A stretch of DNA of 64,000 nt from Octopus bimaculoides (lineage: Eukaryota), in NCBI RefSeq assembly GCF_001194135.2, contig NC_069000.1, forward strand, positions 13,635,458-13,699,457, written 5' to 3'. Of the stretch, positions 50,001-63,405 are shown piece after piece. Below the pieces are notes generated by a model. The model did no database searches. It was not told where the DNA came from and worked only from the letters and a program-made list of their open reading frames with translations. How positions within the stretch are numbered: position 1 is the stretch's first letter; each line of letters opens with the position of its first letter. Both the position numbers and the translations under genes were made by a program.

Positions 50001-50710
50001 ATATCTTCTTCTAATAACAACTCTAAACAACGCTTCATTTGCTATTAATTAAATTGTTCTTGTTTATCTCCGCAAAAAAAAAATAAAATAAAATAAAGTA
50101 AAATAAAATATTGTATGAAACAACCAAGTTCAGAAAAACTTGATGAATTGGGGTAAAGAGAGACAGGTTACTCTTAAGTAATAGCTAAATTAATGAAAAA
50201 GAAGCCAATAGTCTCTTTGTACACATAAAGCTGTCACAACATAATTAGATTGAAGTATAATCTATAGACAGGGTGTTTAGAAAGTTTGCACTGATATCTC
50301 TGTAGCAATCACAGGTTGTAGGAATGGTTTTGCAAGAAATTCTACAATGGTTACTACTACAACTAGGAATAACATTTCTAATCATTTAATCAAATAATGG
50401 TCTGACTTTGAATAATGTTATCCTATCTACAGCTGAGACGTAAAAAGCGGAGAACTTAGTAATGGTTTCTGATTTAAGAACAGAGCAAGCAATTTTTGAG
50501 ATGGAGATTGGTAGTCAATTAGATCAATCCCAGTACTTGACCGGTATTTTATGTTATTGACCCTGGAAGGATGAAAGGCAAAAAAATTAACCTTGGCAGG
50601 ATTTGAACTCAGAATGTAAAAGAGCCAGGAAAAAAAAAAAAAATGCAAACGATAATTTTTCAAATGAGTCTGCCTACACCTCTTATGTTAACTCTCTCTT
50701 TCTCTATCTA

Positions 50711-50745
<35 letters not shown>

Positions 50746-51028
50746 GCCTGTCTGTCTGTCTGTCTATTTCATACTTGCTTTTGCCTACTCTCTATTCCAT
50801 GCAAAGCATGACTAGTGAAAAGCAACCAGCAGTTACATTTATATCAGCTATTATTATTATTATATAGAGACATGAAAGGCAGTCACAAGCAGGTCAGCAT
50901 CAAATATGATGATACGAAAAGAAAAAGAAGATATTTTAACTTTATATTGAAACATTCAAAACCTCCTTCCCAAGAAGAGGAAGAAAAAAAAAAAGAAAAA
51001 TGAAAATAATTTCAAAAAGTATACTTAC

Positions 51029-51170
51029 TCATAATGAAAACCTATATCATGATTGCCAACAACAGCATAGAATGATATATCTTTGGAATGATGAAACATC
51101 TTTTTAAAACGATCGACATGATACTGGAATTCCTTATCAGAACTCCATTTGCCTTCGTCAAATAAATCTC
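51029..51170 (-). CDS. MPPE1: MPPE1 exon with the GDLFD and GNHD motifs
   Basis: Acceptor ttctttttttaatag|, donor GA|GTAAGT, 142 bp, phase 1/2. Encodes GDLFDEGKWSSDKEFQYHVDRFKKMFHHSKDISFYAVVGNHDIGFHY(D). Confidence 0.97.
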
Positions 51171-51537
51171 CTATTAAAAAAAGAAAATATAGTGTTTTAG
51201 TTCCATCACAACTATATTCCACGTATCTAATCTAAACAGTCATCATACTACTTTTTGTAGAAAACAGTCTAACCACTTGGACATGCACCTAATGAAGATG
51301 CGTGGCTCAATTGTTAGAGACTATGGTTGATAATCTCAAGGAATCTTTTTTAGTGTCAGCCCCAATGGTCACTGTATTGTGTGAGGAGAAAGAACTCCAG
51401 GAATCATTAGTTTTGAAAGACATAATGATGAGATACTGTAACAAAAACACTATTAACAGGATATGTGATGCATCCATCATTAGTCATAATGATTGATGTA
51501 CAACAGAAGAAACATGATGGTTTTATACTATATGTGA

Positions 51538-51794
51538 TAGTTATCTTGCATATAATTGTAATATTATATTATACATAATTGTAACATTATATCATATATG
51601 TTATCTTGCATATAGTATAAATATCATATATAACTGTAACATCATATCATATATAATAGTTATCTTGCATATAATTTTAATATTATACTATACATAATTG
51701 CAGCCTTATATCATATATGATATTCTAATATCATATCATACATATAATAGTAATCTTGCAAAGAATTGTAATATAAAATTATATATAATTGTAA
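51538..51794. repeat. AT-rich minisatellite, about 60-bp period
   Basis: ttatcttgca anchors at 51541, 51601 and 51660, and a variant at 51751. Confidence 0.85.
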
Positions 51795-53177
51795 GGCCGT
51801 GAGCTCACAGAATTGTTAGCATGCCAGACAAAATGTTTAGTGGCATTTCATTCATCTATATATTCTGAGTTCAAATTCCACAAAGGTTTACTGACTTTCA
51901 TTCTTTTGGGGTCGATGAAATACAAACCAGTACTAGAGTGGTTATGGTTTTCCATAAACAACCTTGCCCAGACCTGAGCATTGGAGGGGAACTTTCTAGG
52001 TACTATCCTATGGTCATTCATGACCAATGGAGGGTCTTTACTAGGCTGGGGTTGATGGAAATGACTTACTTCCTCCCGCAAAACTTCAAGCCTTGTGCCC
52101 AAAGTAGAAAAAGCTAATTTACATATAATTGAAATATTAAATTTTATGTATATATTGCAGTGAACAGGCAAAACACTTAGCAGCATTTTATTTGTCATTA
52201 TGTTCTGAGTTCAAATTCCGCTGAGGTTGACTTTGCCTTTCAATCTTTTGGGGGTCGATAAACTAAGTATCAGTTGATCACTGGTCAATGTAATTAATTT
52301 ACCCCTTCCCTGAAATTGCTGGCATTGAGCCAAAATTTGAAACTAATATTAAATTATATATAATTGTAATATAAAATAGTTAAAGATAATAAATTTAGAA
52401 TATATAAGGAAAAGGAAATAAAAATAGACCAGCAGTATATTATTGGTGTGTGTGTGTGTGTGTATCAGCATCTGTGTATTTTGAGCAAAGAGCATTTAAG
52501 CTGTCCTACTCAGACAATTGATTCAGTTACCTGTTGAAGCAGAGCAGTCTTCAGATGTATTGACTTAATACCCAGAGTAAGACTACCATTCAATCCATTA
52601 TGTTTATCTAATACATATATTGGAAGATTACAGAAGAAGAATTTCTTTTGTATGTAATTTTTCCAATGCTCTTTAAACCATTTGCTAAATTCTTGATAGT
52701 CTTTTTAATCATTATCTAATCTTTTAGACTGCGGTCATGCTGGGGTACCACCTTGAAGAATTCTTCTTTTTTTTTTTTTTGCTTTTCAATCAAATAAATC
52801 TATCCCAGTTCTTATTTTTTGTATAAAGCCTGGTACTTATTCTATCAGCCTCTTTTGCCAAACTTATAGGTTATTGGTAAGTAAACACATTCTTTTAGTT
52901 TCTGTCTACCAAATTCACTCACAAGGCTTTGGTTAGACTGAGGCTACAGTTGAAGGCACTCGCCCAAGGTGTCATGCAGTGAGACTGAACCTGGAACCAT
53001 GTGGTTGAGAAGCTAACTTCTTACCACATAGCCATGCCTGCACCTATATATTCTATATATTCTAAAGATAAGGTTCCATGAGAATTGCACATGGTCCTTC
53101 CAAACATGTCATACATTTTCTTTGTAAAAAGAGAAAAATATGTAATTTCAGAACTTGAAGAATAAAACATTAGTTAC

Positions 53178-53248
53178 CTAAAACAAAAACTACATCTGGA
53201 CTATGGATGGACAAGCTGGTTTGAAAGGATCTCTGCATTTGCCATTCT
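53178..53248 (-). CDS. MPPE1: MPPE1 exon (most 5' exon found)
   Basis: Acceptor ttctttttcttttttag|, donor TAG|GTAACT, 71 bp, phase 2/1. Encodes (R)EWQMQRSFQTSLSIHSPDVVFVL(G), the REWQM.R.FQT motif. Confidence 0.95.
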
Positions 53249-55795
53249 CTAAAAAAGAAAAAGAAAACTTTGAATCAGACTCAATAGAAACATCAAAAAG
53301 CAATATTTTACATTAGTTAAATAACATTGAACACAGACAATTTTATTCCAGTTTCCATCTACCAAATCCACTCATAAGGCTTTGGTTGACCCAAGACTAT
53401 AGTAGAGGGCACTTGCCTAAGGTTCCACAAAGTGGGACTGAACCCGGAACCATGTGGTTTGGAAGCAAACTCATTGGGTGGAAGTACTAAACAGCTTGCT
53501 AGTTCAGAGAAAGCAGTATCTAGCAGAGTGAAAGAAGCAAAGAGAAGCAGTGAGTAAATATTTGCCAATCGATCAGAGGGCATAGTTTTGGGTATGGATT
53601 AAGAGCTTCATGCATGTGTAGCACCAGCAGCAGACATTTGAGCAATATCGTAATGTAAGTTATATATGCATTCTATAAGATCAGTAACTAACCAGAAGCG
53701 AATTATTTATTCTATGGCCATGAACAGAACCCTAGTGGGAGGTAATTTTGACATTTTGGTTATTAATAACACTTTGCAATAAGCTTTCAATATTAATTTT
53801 GATATTCATTTTTGTTTTATATATATAGATTGATAAAAAAAATGAGAAGAAAAACAGCATAATGCTGATCATTATGCAAAGGCTTTCAACTGTCTTTCGG
53901 TTTCGAAAATCATTCCACTCGTTACATATTATTATAATATAAACGCAACATTTTGTGGGGAGAAATAAAGAATCATGTTAAAAAGAAATATATTCTAGCA
54001 ACATCATACATAAAATGCATGTAATAAGGATTCGCTTTATGTAACAACTGTGGATGTTTTCGGCTGATCACATCAACAAAAAAAAAAATTCAAACAGAAA
54101 GTTATTATTTCTAATGAATACACACACACAGATAGATCCCACCCATAAAAAAAAAAGTAAAATAAAAATATAAAAAAAACTGTATTCATTTTAACTCAGC
54201 AATAACATTATCATGGAAAAAGTGTGTGTGTGGGGTGGGGGGAATAAAACTAAGAACGAAGAATGGAAACAAAAAAAATAAACAAACGTGGGAAATAAGC
54301 ATGCTGAGAATTAAAAAAGTATTGAATGTAAAGAACCAGCTGGTGTCAATGTGACACTTGTAAAGAAACCTATTCATATAAGCAGAAACAGATAACAATG
54401 TCTGTATTTTTCAGACATCTGTTAATAGCAGCAATATTTTGAGCAAGTCTGGATATAGAATCCAGTACTGTAATGAGACTCTTGCAGTTGCCACAGGACA
54501 AACTATACAGATTGCAATAGTGTATAGACTCAATGTAAAAAGATAAAGAGTTTCATTAAAAGATTATAATCTTAAGAAAACATACAATCAAATAATCTGT
54601 AAAATGCACTTGGACATGAGAGCAAGGAAAATTTACTAAATCTTCAGATTGATTTCTATGTTGTATTATGTGAGAGTTTTGCATTAAGGAAGAGGAGACT
54701 GTTGCAATGGCTCTGCATAAGATAGCCTATGAATATTTGTACATAGAAACAAAGTCAGTGATTTTAAATGCTTTCATTATATTGATTTCTTTCTTTGACA
54801 TAAGAAACTTGAAGGAGATGAGGGTATCAACTGGATCCATTCCAGTTCAAGTTTGCTACACATTTTATGAGCCCTAACAGAAAGAAAATCAGAGTCAACA
54901 TCAAAAGAGTTTGAGCTGACAACATAGAAAATGGAAGTCAAGTACATTTATTTCAGTATCCTAACATTTATGACACTTCTCTATCTCACATTACAGATTA
55001 TATTGAAGAAACGATACAGTAAATATATTTCAATATAAAACTTCAAATAAACGAAATATTTTTCTCTGTAAAGCCATTTTATAATTTGAATCTGAAGTAT
55101 TTCATTTACGTATGTGTGCATGCACACAATGCATGCGTGTGCACATATGCACTGTAGTATATACACATTTTTCTTCCAAATAACAAGCATCTTCCACTGA
55201 TCAGGTGAAATGCTATTGCAGTAACTGCTACTCTTCATACATAATTATCATGTCACGGTAACCCAAATTGTATGTAATTCTGTTTTCAATAACTTCACGA
55301 TTAAGTAATTGCATCTCCACTGATCAACAACCTTACTTTATGATCACAAGATTTTCCCAGACAACAGTAACAATGACAAATATAATTGATAGCCTACTTT
55401 GGATGGGATGGGATAGGATATGATGGAATCCTCCTCCATCAATTGTTTGACACCAGTAAAATATTTTCCGTTCATTAGAATTACTAATGCTAAGAGTTGA
55501 GCTGTAGGCAATGACTCAATGACAGTTCAGTCACCGTTTAAGTAAATGGTGCTTACTGGTGATGAATCATATCTAACAGAAACAGTTAACACTCCTAGGA
55601 ATTTTCAAAACTCTTTCATGACTTTCCAAATATCCGTTTTGCTCTGCTACGACAAATGGAATTGTCATTTTCAGAAATATTAATACATTGTTGGTTCAAC
55701 TGCTTTTATAGTTGATTATAGTGATTTTTATGAATGTGCTTCCTAAGAACACAGCTGTGAAGTGTGAACCTGTATGACAAGAAAGTAGACTGAGA

Positions 55796-56025
55796 GGCGG
55801 TGAGCTGGCAGAAACGTTAGCATGCCGGGCGAAATGCTTAGCGGTATTTCGTCTGCCGTTACGTTCTGAGTTCAAATTCCGCCGAGGTCGACTTTGCCTT
55901 TCATCCTTTCGGGGTCGATAAATTAAGTACCAGTTACGAACTGGGGTCGATGTAATCGACTTAATCCCTTTGTCTGTCCTTGTTTGTCCCCTCTATGTTT
56001 AGCCCCTTGTGGGCAATAAAGAAAT
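55796..56025 (+). mobile_element. Full-length young SINE with a 17-bp TSD
   Basis: Head ggcggtgagctggcag, B-box GAGTTCAAATTCC and A-rich tail caataaagaaat. Flanked by identical aagaaagtagactgaga at 55779-55795 and 56026-56042, with CpGs intact. Confidence 0.95.
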
Positions 56026-58577
56026 AAGAAAGTAGACTGAGAAAATCAGAGTACTGTGTCCGGACCATTCGACCAGTCTTCTTGCCTATTAGCTTCACAA
56101 CTGTGTGTGTGTGTGTGTGTGTGTATTTCTTGGCATCAAATGTAATACATGCAGATGGATACTGTATGCTAGTTATGGGAGTTTCGATGGAAGAGTACTT
56201 TCAGTGAATATTTGGGATAAAGTAGCTGGATTGAATCTGGAGTGAACCTCACTACCTCATGGGTGAGATACTATAGAATTAAAAATGCATGTAAAGACAC
56301 TCTACAGCAGACTCTCGCATTTCTATTATCTAATCCATATTCACATGCAAACACACACACACAGAGAAGAAAGAGAGACAAAGACCATATCAAGAATAGA
56401 TTTCCATGGACAATTTCTAAAACATATGTATGTATTATTTTTTTTCTATTAGTAATTATTTCATGTAAAACAATAGATTTGTTTCAAGGACAATGTCAGT
56501 ATCATTAATATGAAATAATTTAATCTGGATTTATCATTGTTGAGGATTAAATATTCAATGAGTTGAAATCTACCAATGTATGTTATAAATCAACTATACA
56601 CAGAAAAAATACCATGCTAATCAAATCAATATTGAAGATGCAGCATAGTGAAAATAAAATGCTAAATATAATGTAAGAGAGGCAATGCAGAATAAAATGA
56701 CATACCAGTTAATACAAAATGACAAGCCTGGTTGGAAATAAAATGTATTTCTAGTCAGAAATAAATGCTAGAGTAACTGAGCTATTTTGTGAGTGACTAT
56801 CAATGATTATATCCATAACGGAGGGGAAAGAATAGAAAGTCTCTGACTAAAATGATTGACATAAACTTTCTGTATGTAGCAGAACATCCAAACCACATAT
56901 GTAGATGTATGATGATATTATTACCAAGTATAATTTGTTCTCTTTCACTGCTTACAGACACGCTCACACACGCAACTGTATGTGCATATTACATTTTTTT
57001 CTGGAAGAACTGAGGCAGAAGCAAAAGTGTCAGATGAGATACTCTACCATAATTACTCTTTTACTTTCTTTACAAAATGTTCTCAGTTAAAAGCTTATGT
57101 CCCCCCACAACCACCACCACCACCACTTATAGTTAGGATCAAAGATTTGTAACCTCTGCCTGACAGAAAAATTCCACATCTGTCAACCTTACCTAATCTT
57201 GAATTAAAAATTTAAAAAAAAAAAAATTTGTATTTTCAATACATTCCTAAATTCTTTGTTGAGAATTTCAATGCAGACACCCATCCTCTGCTGTATAACA
57301 GACAACAACTGATGACCAACACTACTTAGACTCAAGCTGCTATTCTCCAACCTGCTGACTTGTAGGTTCAGCTGACTGAACAAAATAGTTTGGGATGATA
57401 TAATCCCTGTTTAATTTCACATGTATATATATATATATATATGTAGAGTGACAGAATAAAATTCTGTCTTTGCACAAACTGCAGTTGAAGAGACTAACAG
57501 TTACAGAAACACCATGACATCCAGCAAGAGTAATCTTAAGATGAATATTCAATATTTTCTCTATATGGTATATTTGAAATTCATTCTTTATTATTATTCC
57601 ATTTATAGAAACAAATGTTAAAGCACTGACTGACTTAAGTACTATTCTCTATCATAAAAAGATGCACATGGATTGTACATGATTAAAAGATGATGACGGT
57701 GGAGGTGATGATGATGATGATGATGATAATTATGATGACGATATACAATCACTGATTTGTTTAGATGAATTGAGATGCACACCTTTTTATGACAGAGAAA
57801 GCTTCTGGATATTTTAAAGCATTCTAACATTATAATTCTGAAGGTGATTTTCGTTATCCCACAAAGAAAGAAGTTATTTTCTGATGTTATATAAATGTTC
57901 TTCTTTTTGTCCATCCCATGTTGTTTTACATAACAACTAATACTACCATGTATATTGGCAGAGCAAGATTTTGCATTTTGGTGACCCTGTAAGAGCAGGT
58001 GCTACTTAAAAGCACCTAGTCCACACTGTAAAGTGATTGGTGTTCAGAAGGGCATCCAGCCATCAAAACCTTGCCAAAACTGACCTTGCCTGTGCTTGTG
58101 CCACATAGAAAGCATTAAGCCCACTCTGCTGAGTGGTTGGTGTTAGGAAGGGCATCCAGTTGTAAGAATCCTACCAAAACAGTGACAGAAATGTGGTGCA
58201 GGCTTCCGCCTGGCTGGATCTTGTGAAACTGTCCCACCCATACTAGCATGGAAGGTGGACGTTAAACAGTGAAGATCATGATGAAGACACAAACAGTTGC
58301 TGAAACATCATGATGCCTTGTTAGGGTAATTTTAGATAGTTGTCATCATCATTGTTTTAAAGTCCACTTATCCATGCTTGCATGGATCAGACGGAATTTA
58401 TAGCTGAGTACCTTTCCTGTGGTCAACCCTCACCTGTTTCCAAGCAAGATAATATTTTCCCATGGTCAGATATGTTTCCACAGGATACCCAAAATGGCTG
58501 ACACTGCTTCTATGGCAGTGACACTCGTTTACAGCTGCTACACAATGTCAAAACAAGGAGACACAAATATACACATA

Positions 58578-58620
<43 letters not shown>

Positions 58621-60144
58621 ACGAGCTTCTTTCAGTTTCTGACTACCAAATCTACTCATAAAACTTTGGTCAACCCAGGGCCAGGCCATGCAGAAGGACT
58701 GAACCCAAAACCATGTGATTGGGAAACAAATTTCTTAACCATACAGCCAAACCTGCACCTATAATATACCATGCTTTCTTTATGCGACATATCCGAATTT
58801 CACACTTTATATCTAATTTCTCATTCAGAGAGACATTAGATTGGAGCCTGGTGTTGCCATCCGGTTTCACCAGTCCTCAGTCAAATCGTCCAACCCATGC
58901 TAGCATGGAAAGCGGACGTTAAACGATGATGATGATGATGATTAAAGACACTAATCACAGCAGCGAATAACTCAGTCTGGTACACTATCAGCAAACAAAC
59001 ACCTCATCTACATACATCAAAATCTTCTCTATTCATCTGTTTATCATGGACATGTAGGTGGGCTAGATGGGTATATTGCTGGATAGGTGGATGAATAGAT
59101 GGGTGGGTGTCGGGTATGTAGAAAGACAGATACATTAAATTATAACCAATGAAATTTGCTATTTCTCACAATTTTGACATCAATGCACCAAACTACTCAC
59201 AAATAGTCAATAAAGAAAAACAACATTGATAAAGTGGTTTTAAAAACAATAAGTATTTTCTGTCTACAGGAATGCTATAGAAACAGTACGAACTGCTGTT
59301 TCTAATTACACTTAATTAAAAAATAAAAACTATTCTAATTGATTCCATAAAAATATTCTAATAGTGATATAGAAAAATACATAAAACGTTGTTGTAATTA
59401 ATTATTTACAAAAAAAAAAAAAAAAAAANNNNNNNNNNAAAAAAAAAAAAAAGAAAAATCCAAGAAGTGACATAACAGGGAAATACATAAATAAGCTACT
59501 GTAATAGATTGCTTACCAAAAAATTTCTAAGTGACATAATAGGGGAGATATACATAAATCAATGTTGAAATCTCAAATCAGTTTTAGCACTGGAGATGCA
59601 ACCAAACAAGAAATTTTAATGAATTAATTAAAACTGATGAGATGTAAAAATGAGAAAGGAAAAATTCTATTGTGAATGTTATTTCAAAAAAAAAATCAAT
59701 GGTCAAAGCATATTAAAAACTTCTGCTATCTCTACAAGTATCGCTCTCACTTGCTTCAGACAAATTGATCGGTGCTTAGTACTAGCTATTCTACCAATGT
59801 CCAACTTAGCAAAGTATCCTGCCCCAGATTGAAGTTTGCAACAAGAAATAAGTACTATAAACATGTACAGTTCATAAATGTTTATGCTAAGTATCAATAA
59901 AAACTATTGATGAACATAAATTGAGTGAATGTTAATCAAAATCTAATAATTAGGAAGCACCAGAAAACACCACAAAGTCACAAAGGAATATTCCAATACT
60001 ACAAATTATTTATACTAGTTTTAGTCATTGGGGAAATGGCCTTCAAGGATTAGTAGTTAATCATATCTGCGCTTGTGCTTATTTTATCAAACCATTTACT
60101 GAATAGCCAAGTTATTTTCTGATGTAAAGGGACACAATTTGATG

Positions 60145-60701
60145 CAGTAATCACTCACCATGTGGCGGTTCACCTAACATGTCCCCAGTACATTGCGGAT
60201 TTTTCTGGCTAATATATGCAAATTTATATCGCAGACTCCTCAGTATATCACAGGTTTCTGTGGCTGATAGGTATTCATATTTTTTTTAGATTATTTCTGT
60301 GGTAAAATAAACATTTTAATGCCAAAAAAATTAATAAATAAAAATACAGTAGAGTACTGTAGTGTATAATGCATTAATTAAAATATATCAAAAGAAAATG
60401 CGTAGTGTACCATAGATGAGTAAACAAAGAATCGCACATACAGTAGTATGGAAAACGAAACTCGAGAGGGGAGTGTGTGGTGCTGTTTTGCATTTCTGTG
60501 TAAAATTGTGAATTTATTTCAAGCCCTACGATGTCACCCAAACGTTCTGCGCCTTCTAAGGCTTCTGGCAGTGAACCCAAGTGCCAGAGGAAGAAGCTTA
60601 CTAAAAAGAATATGCTGTACAGTACTGTTTCTACCTCATGGATTTTCACCTATCGCAGGAGGCTTTAGAATATAACACCCGTGATAGTTGAAGGATTACT
60701 G
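60145..60701 (+). mobile_element. Tigger/pogo-type non-autonomous DNA transposon
   Basis: Imperfect TIRs CAGTAATCACTC... / ...GAAGGATTACTG|TA. Retains a transposase-like start ATG at 60531 (MSPKRSAPSKASGSEPKCQRKKLT) before an internal deletion. Confidence 0.8.
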
Positions 60702-61525
60702 TACATTGTTTTACACCCACACACACATATCCATACATGACATGCTTACAAACTGTTTCAGCTTACAAAATCTCACTCACAAGGTATTGGTCAACCCAAG
60801 GACAGAATAAAAAATACCCTGAGCTATTGAACCTGGAGCCATGGTGTTGTGCAAACAATGTCTTAACTACATGAGTACACCTACTCCGATAAGTAATTAT
60901 TAATTTATGATCATTAAAATTTATATTTATGAAGCATCAAGCACCTCATGATTCCATTCCTACACATTTTATGGCTGTTGCTGCTTGCCTCATTACCATT
61001 CATACTAAATTACAGATGTCAACACTTTAGATTTAATTATTTAAAATTTCTTATACAAATATATTTTTTATGTTCAAAATTTAAACTTCTTTCAAGAAAA
61101 GAAACAATTAAACACCTCACTAAAAATCTACATTTCTATCATTTGAAATCTTATATGTAGATATCTTTTACAGTCCAAACTATAAATCATCTTTATCATC
61201 ATCCTTTTCCTCATTTAACATCCACTTTTTCATGCTTGCATGGGGTGGATGGAACTTTGCTGAGGCAGATTTTCTACAAGCAGATGCCCTTTCTGCTGCC
61301 AAACTTCACCTATTTCCAAGCAGGGTAATATTTCCCATGGCCGGATTTTTCTACTCACAGAAGGCTGGCAACTACATTGCTTGTATGGCAATGATGCTCG
61401 TTTTCACAACCATCATGTGATGTCAAGACAAGGGTGTACACACAAACACACATATACACACACACATCTATTCATATACATACATATTACACACCTACAC
61501 ACACACACCCTATATATATATATAT

Positions 61526-61573
<48 letters not shown>

Positions 61574-63199
61574 CAACAGGCTCCTTTCAGTTTCCATCTA
61601 CCGAATCCATTCACAAGATTTTGGCCAACTTGCAGCTATAGTAGAAGACACTTGCCCAAGGTGCCACGCAGTGGAACTGAACCTAAGCCCACATGGCTGG
61701 GAAGCAAGCTTCTTAACCACACAGCCATACTTGTGCCTATATCATCTACAGCTAAAAATCAAGTGTCCATAAGATTAACAGAACTAAACCCAATAGTCGT
61801 CACTTGAAAATGAATACGACTCCATACCATGTACCAGGCTTCTGCTAATTTGTTTTACGTGCCTGTGTAGTCATAAGCAGACATAGATACCTTCTCAAGT
61901 TCCTACCTTTGTCCCCAACAGAACAAGAATGTGGCAGCTGGAAGGAGAGGGGGACTGCAATCAACACTCAGCTGGTGCTCGTTTGCTTGTTTCATTTGAG
62001 TAGACTGGAGCAATGGGAAATGAAGTGGCTTGCTCAGAACATGCTGTCAGGTCCAGGAGTCAAACTCAAGAGCTTGTAATTGCTGGTCCAACACCCCTAA
62101 CACTAGGTCACATGTCATCATTAAGACTAACAACTTTACAATGTCACAGTTCATAAATTTAACAACAACCACTTTGTCATAAAAATGAAAAGAGGTTATG
62201 TAGAAGCTATATTGACAGGATTTTAGCACAGCTGGATAATTAAATATAAATGTAGATTGAAGCTGAGAAGCAGAGTTATCTGACTGTCATAAAATAGGTT
62301 CCACACTATATCATAGACTTAAGCAAGCATCTGTGTAAGAGAGAGGGAGGAGGGGGTGGTTGTGACACAAAGCACATATAGTTTTTTGATTTAACAAAAA
62401 AAAAAATCCTTCCACCTACACAAGCTGAGGAAAATGCATGTAAAGTAAAAAAAAAAAAAATCTAACAGTATTTTAATTGGTTGAATTTTGTCTTATAATT
62501 GTAATCACAAATAAAGCATGCTGCCTGCAATTGTACAGAATAAAAAGTGAAATTTTCCTCATTGAAATACTGATACAATCTCACTAGACTGCTTATTATA
62601 TTAGTTCTGTTTCAATCCATCTGCAGCAGTTTGTTTTTGTTTTGTTTTGCCTTCATATTTTTGTTTGTTTGTCTTTTTCTTTTTCTTTTTTTCCCTTTCT
62701 AATTAATATGTATTACAAACTCACACATTGATTTCAATGCAATTTCTGCAAGCAGTGTTAGTAGAAAGTTCAGAAGGCCACAGTGAGTAAATAGAATATT
62801 CAATCGATGCCTGATACATATACTAACTTACAGGAATTTATTTTGAAAGATTAAATCATGAAGCAGAACTGAACTTTGAGCATAAATCACAAATATGTTT
62901 TTATGTGCATCAACAAGTAACTTTTTTCTAGGATTTTAGATTATGTTCAAAAGAAGAAACAAGCATTTAAATATTTTTCTTAAAAACCCCAAATAAGCAG
63001 CCATGAAAATCTGTATTTTAAAAGCTAGAAGGAATCATCACCATCATCATCAGTTAATGTCCATTTTCCATGCTAGCATGGGTTGGACAGTTTGACAGGA
63101 GCTGGCAAATCAGAGACCTGCACCAGACTCCAACTGTCTGTTTCAGCATGATTTCTATAGCTGGATGTTCTTCCTAATGCCAACCACTTTACAGAGTAT

Positions 63200-63405
63200 A
63201 CTGAGTGCTTTTTATGTGGTACTGGTTGTTTTTAACATGTTATCAGCTCAGGTGCATTTTACATGGCACCAGCATGGGTAATTTTTATATGGCACCAGCA
63301 TGGGCAGCTTTTACATGGCACTGGCATGGGTGCTTTTTACACAAGACTGGCACAGGTACTTTTTACGTGGGACCAGCACGGGTGCTTTTTATGTGGTACT
63401 AGCAT
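63200..63405. repeat. Degenerate minisatellite (about 26-bp unit) inside an RTE-tailed repeat
   Basis: About seven units resembling gtgctttttacatggcaccagcatgg. Confidence 0.75.

Noticed and set aside
59703-60110. Candidate MPPE1 5' exons (ORF 59703-59897; WFDKI near 60075)
   Set aside because: No D-x-H motif, no LRR ending and no matching phase-2 donor.
60374-60675. Overlapping 91-aa and 75-aa ORFs and an apparent exon at about 60159-60270
   Set aside because: All lie inside the Tigger-type element.
61885-61960. Minus-strand ...RNLRR|gtatct as the missing MPPE1 upstream exon
   Set aside because: The phase fits, but the preceding residues (QLPHSCSVGDKG) lack the GHW.DK and DTH motifs.
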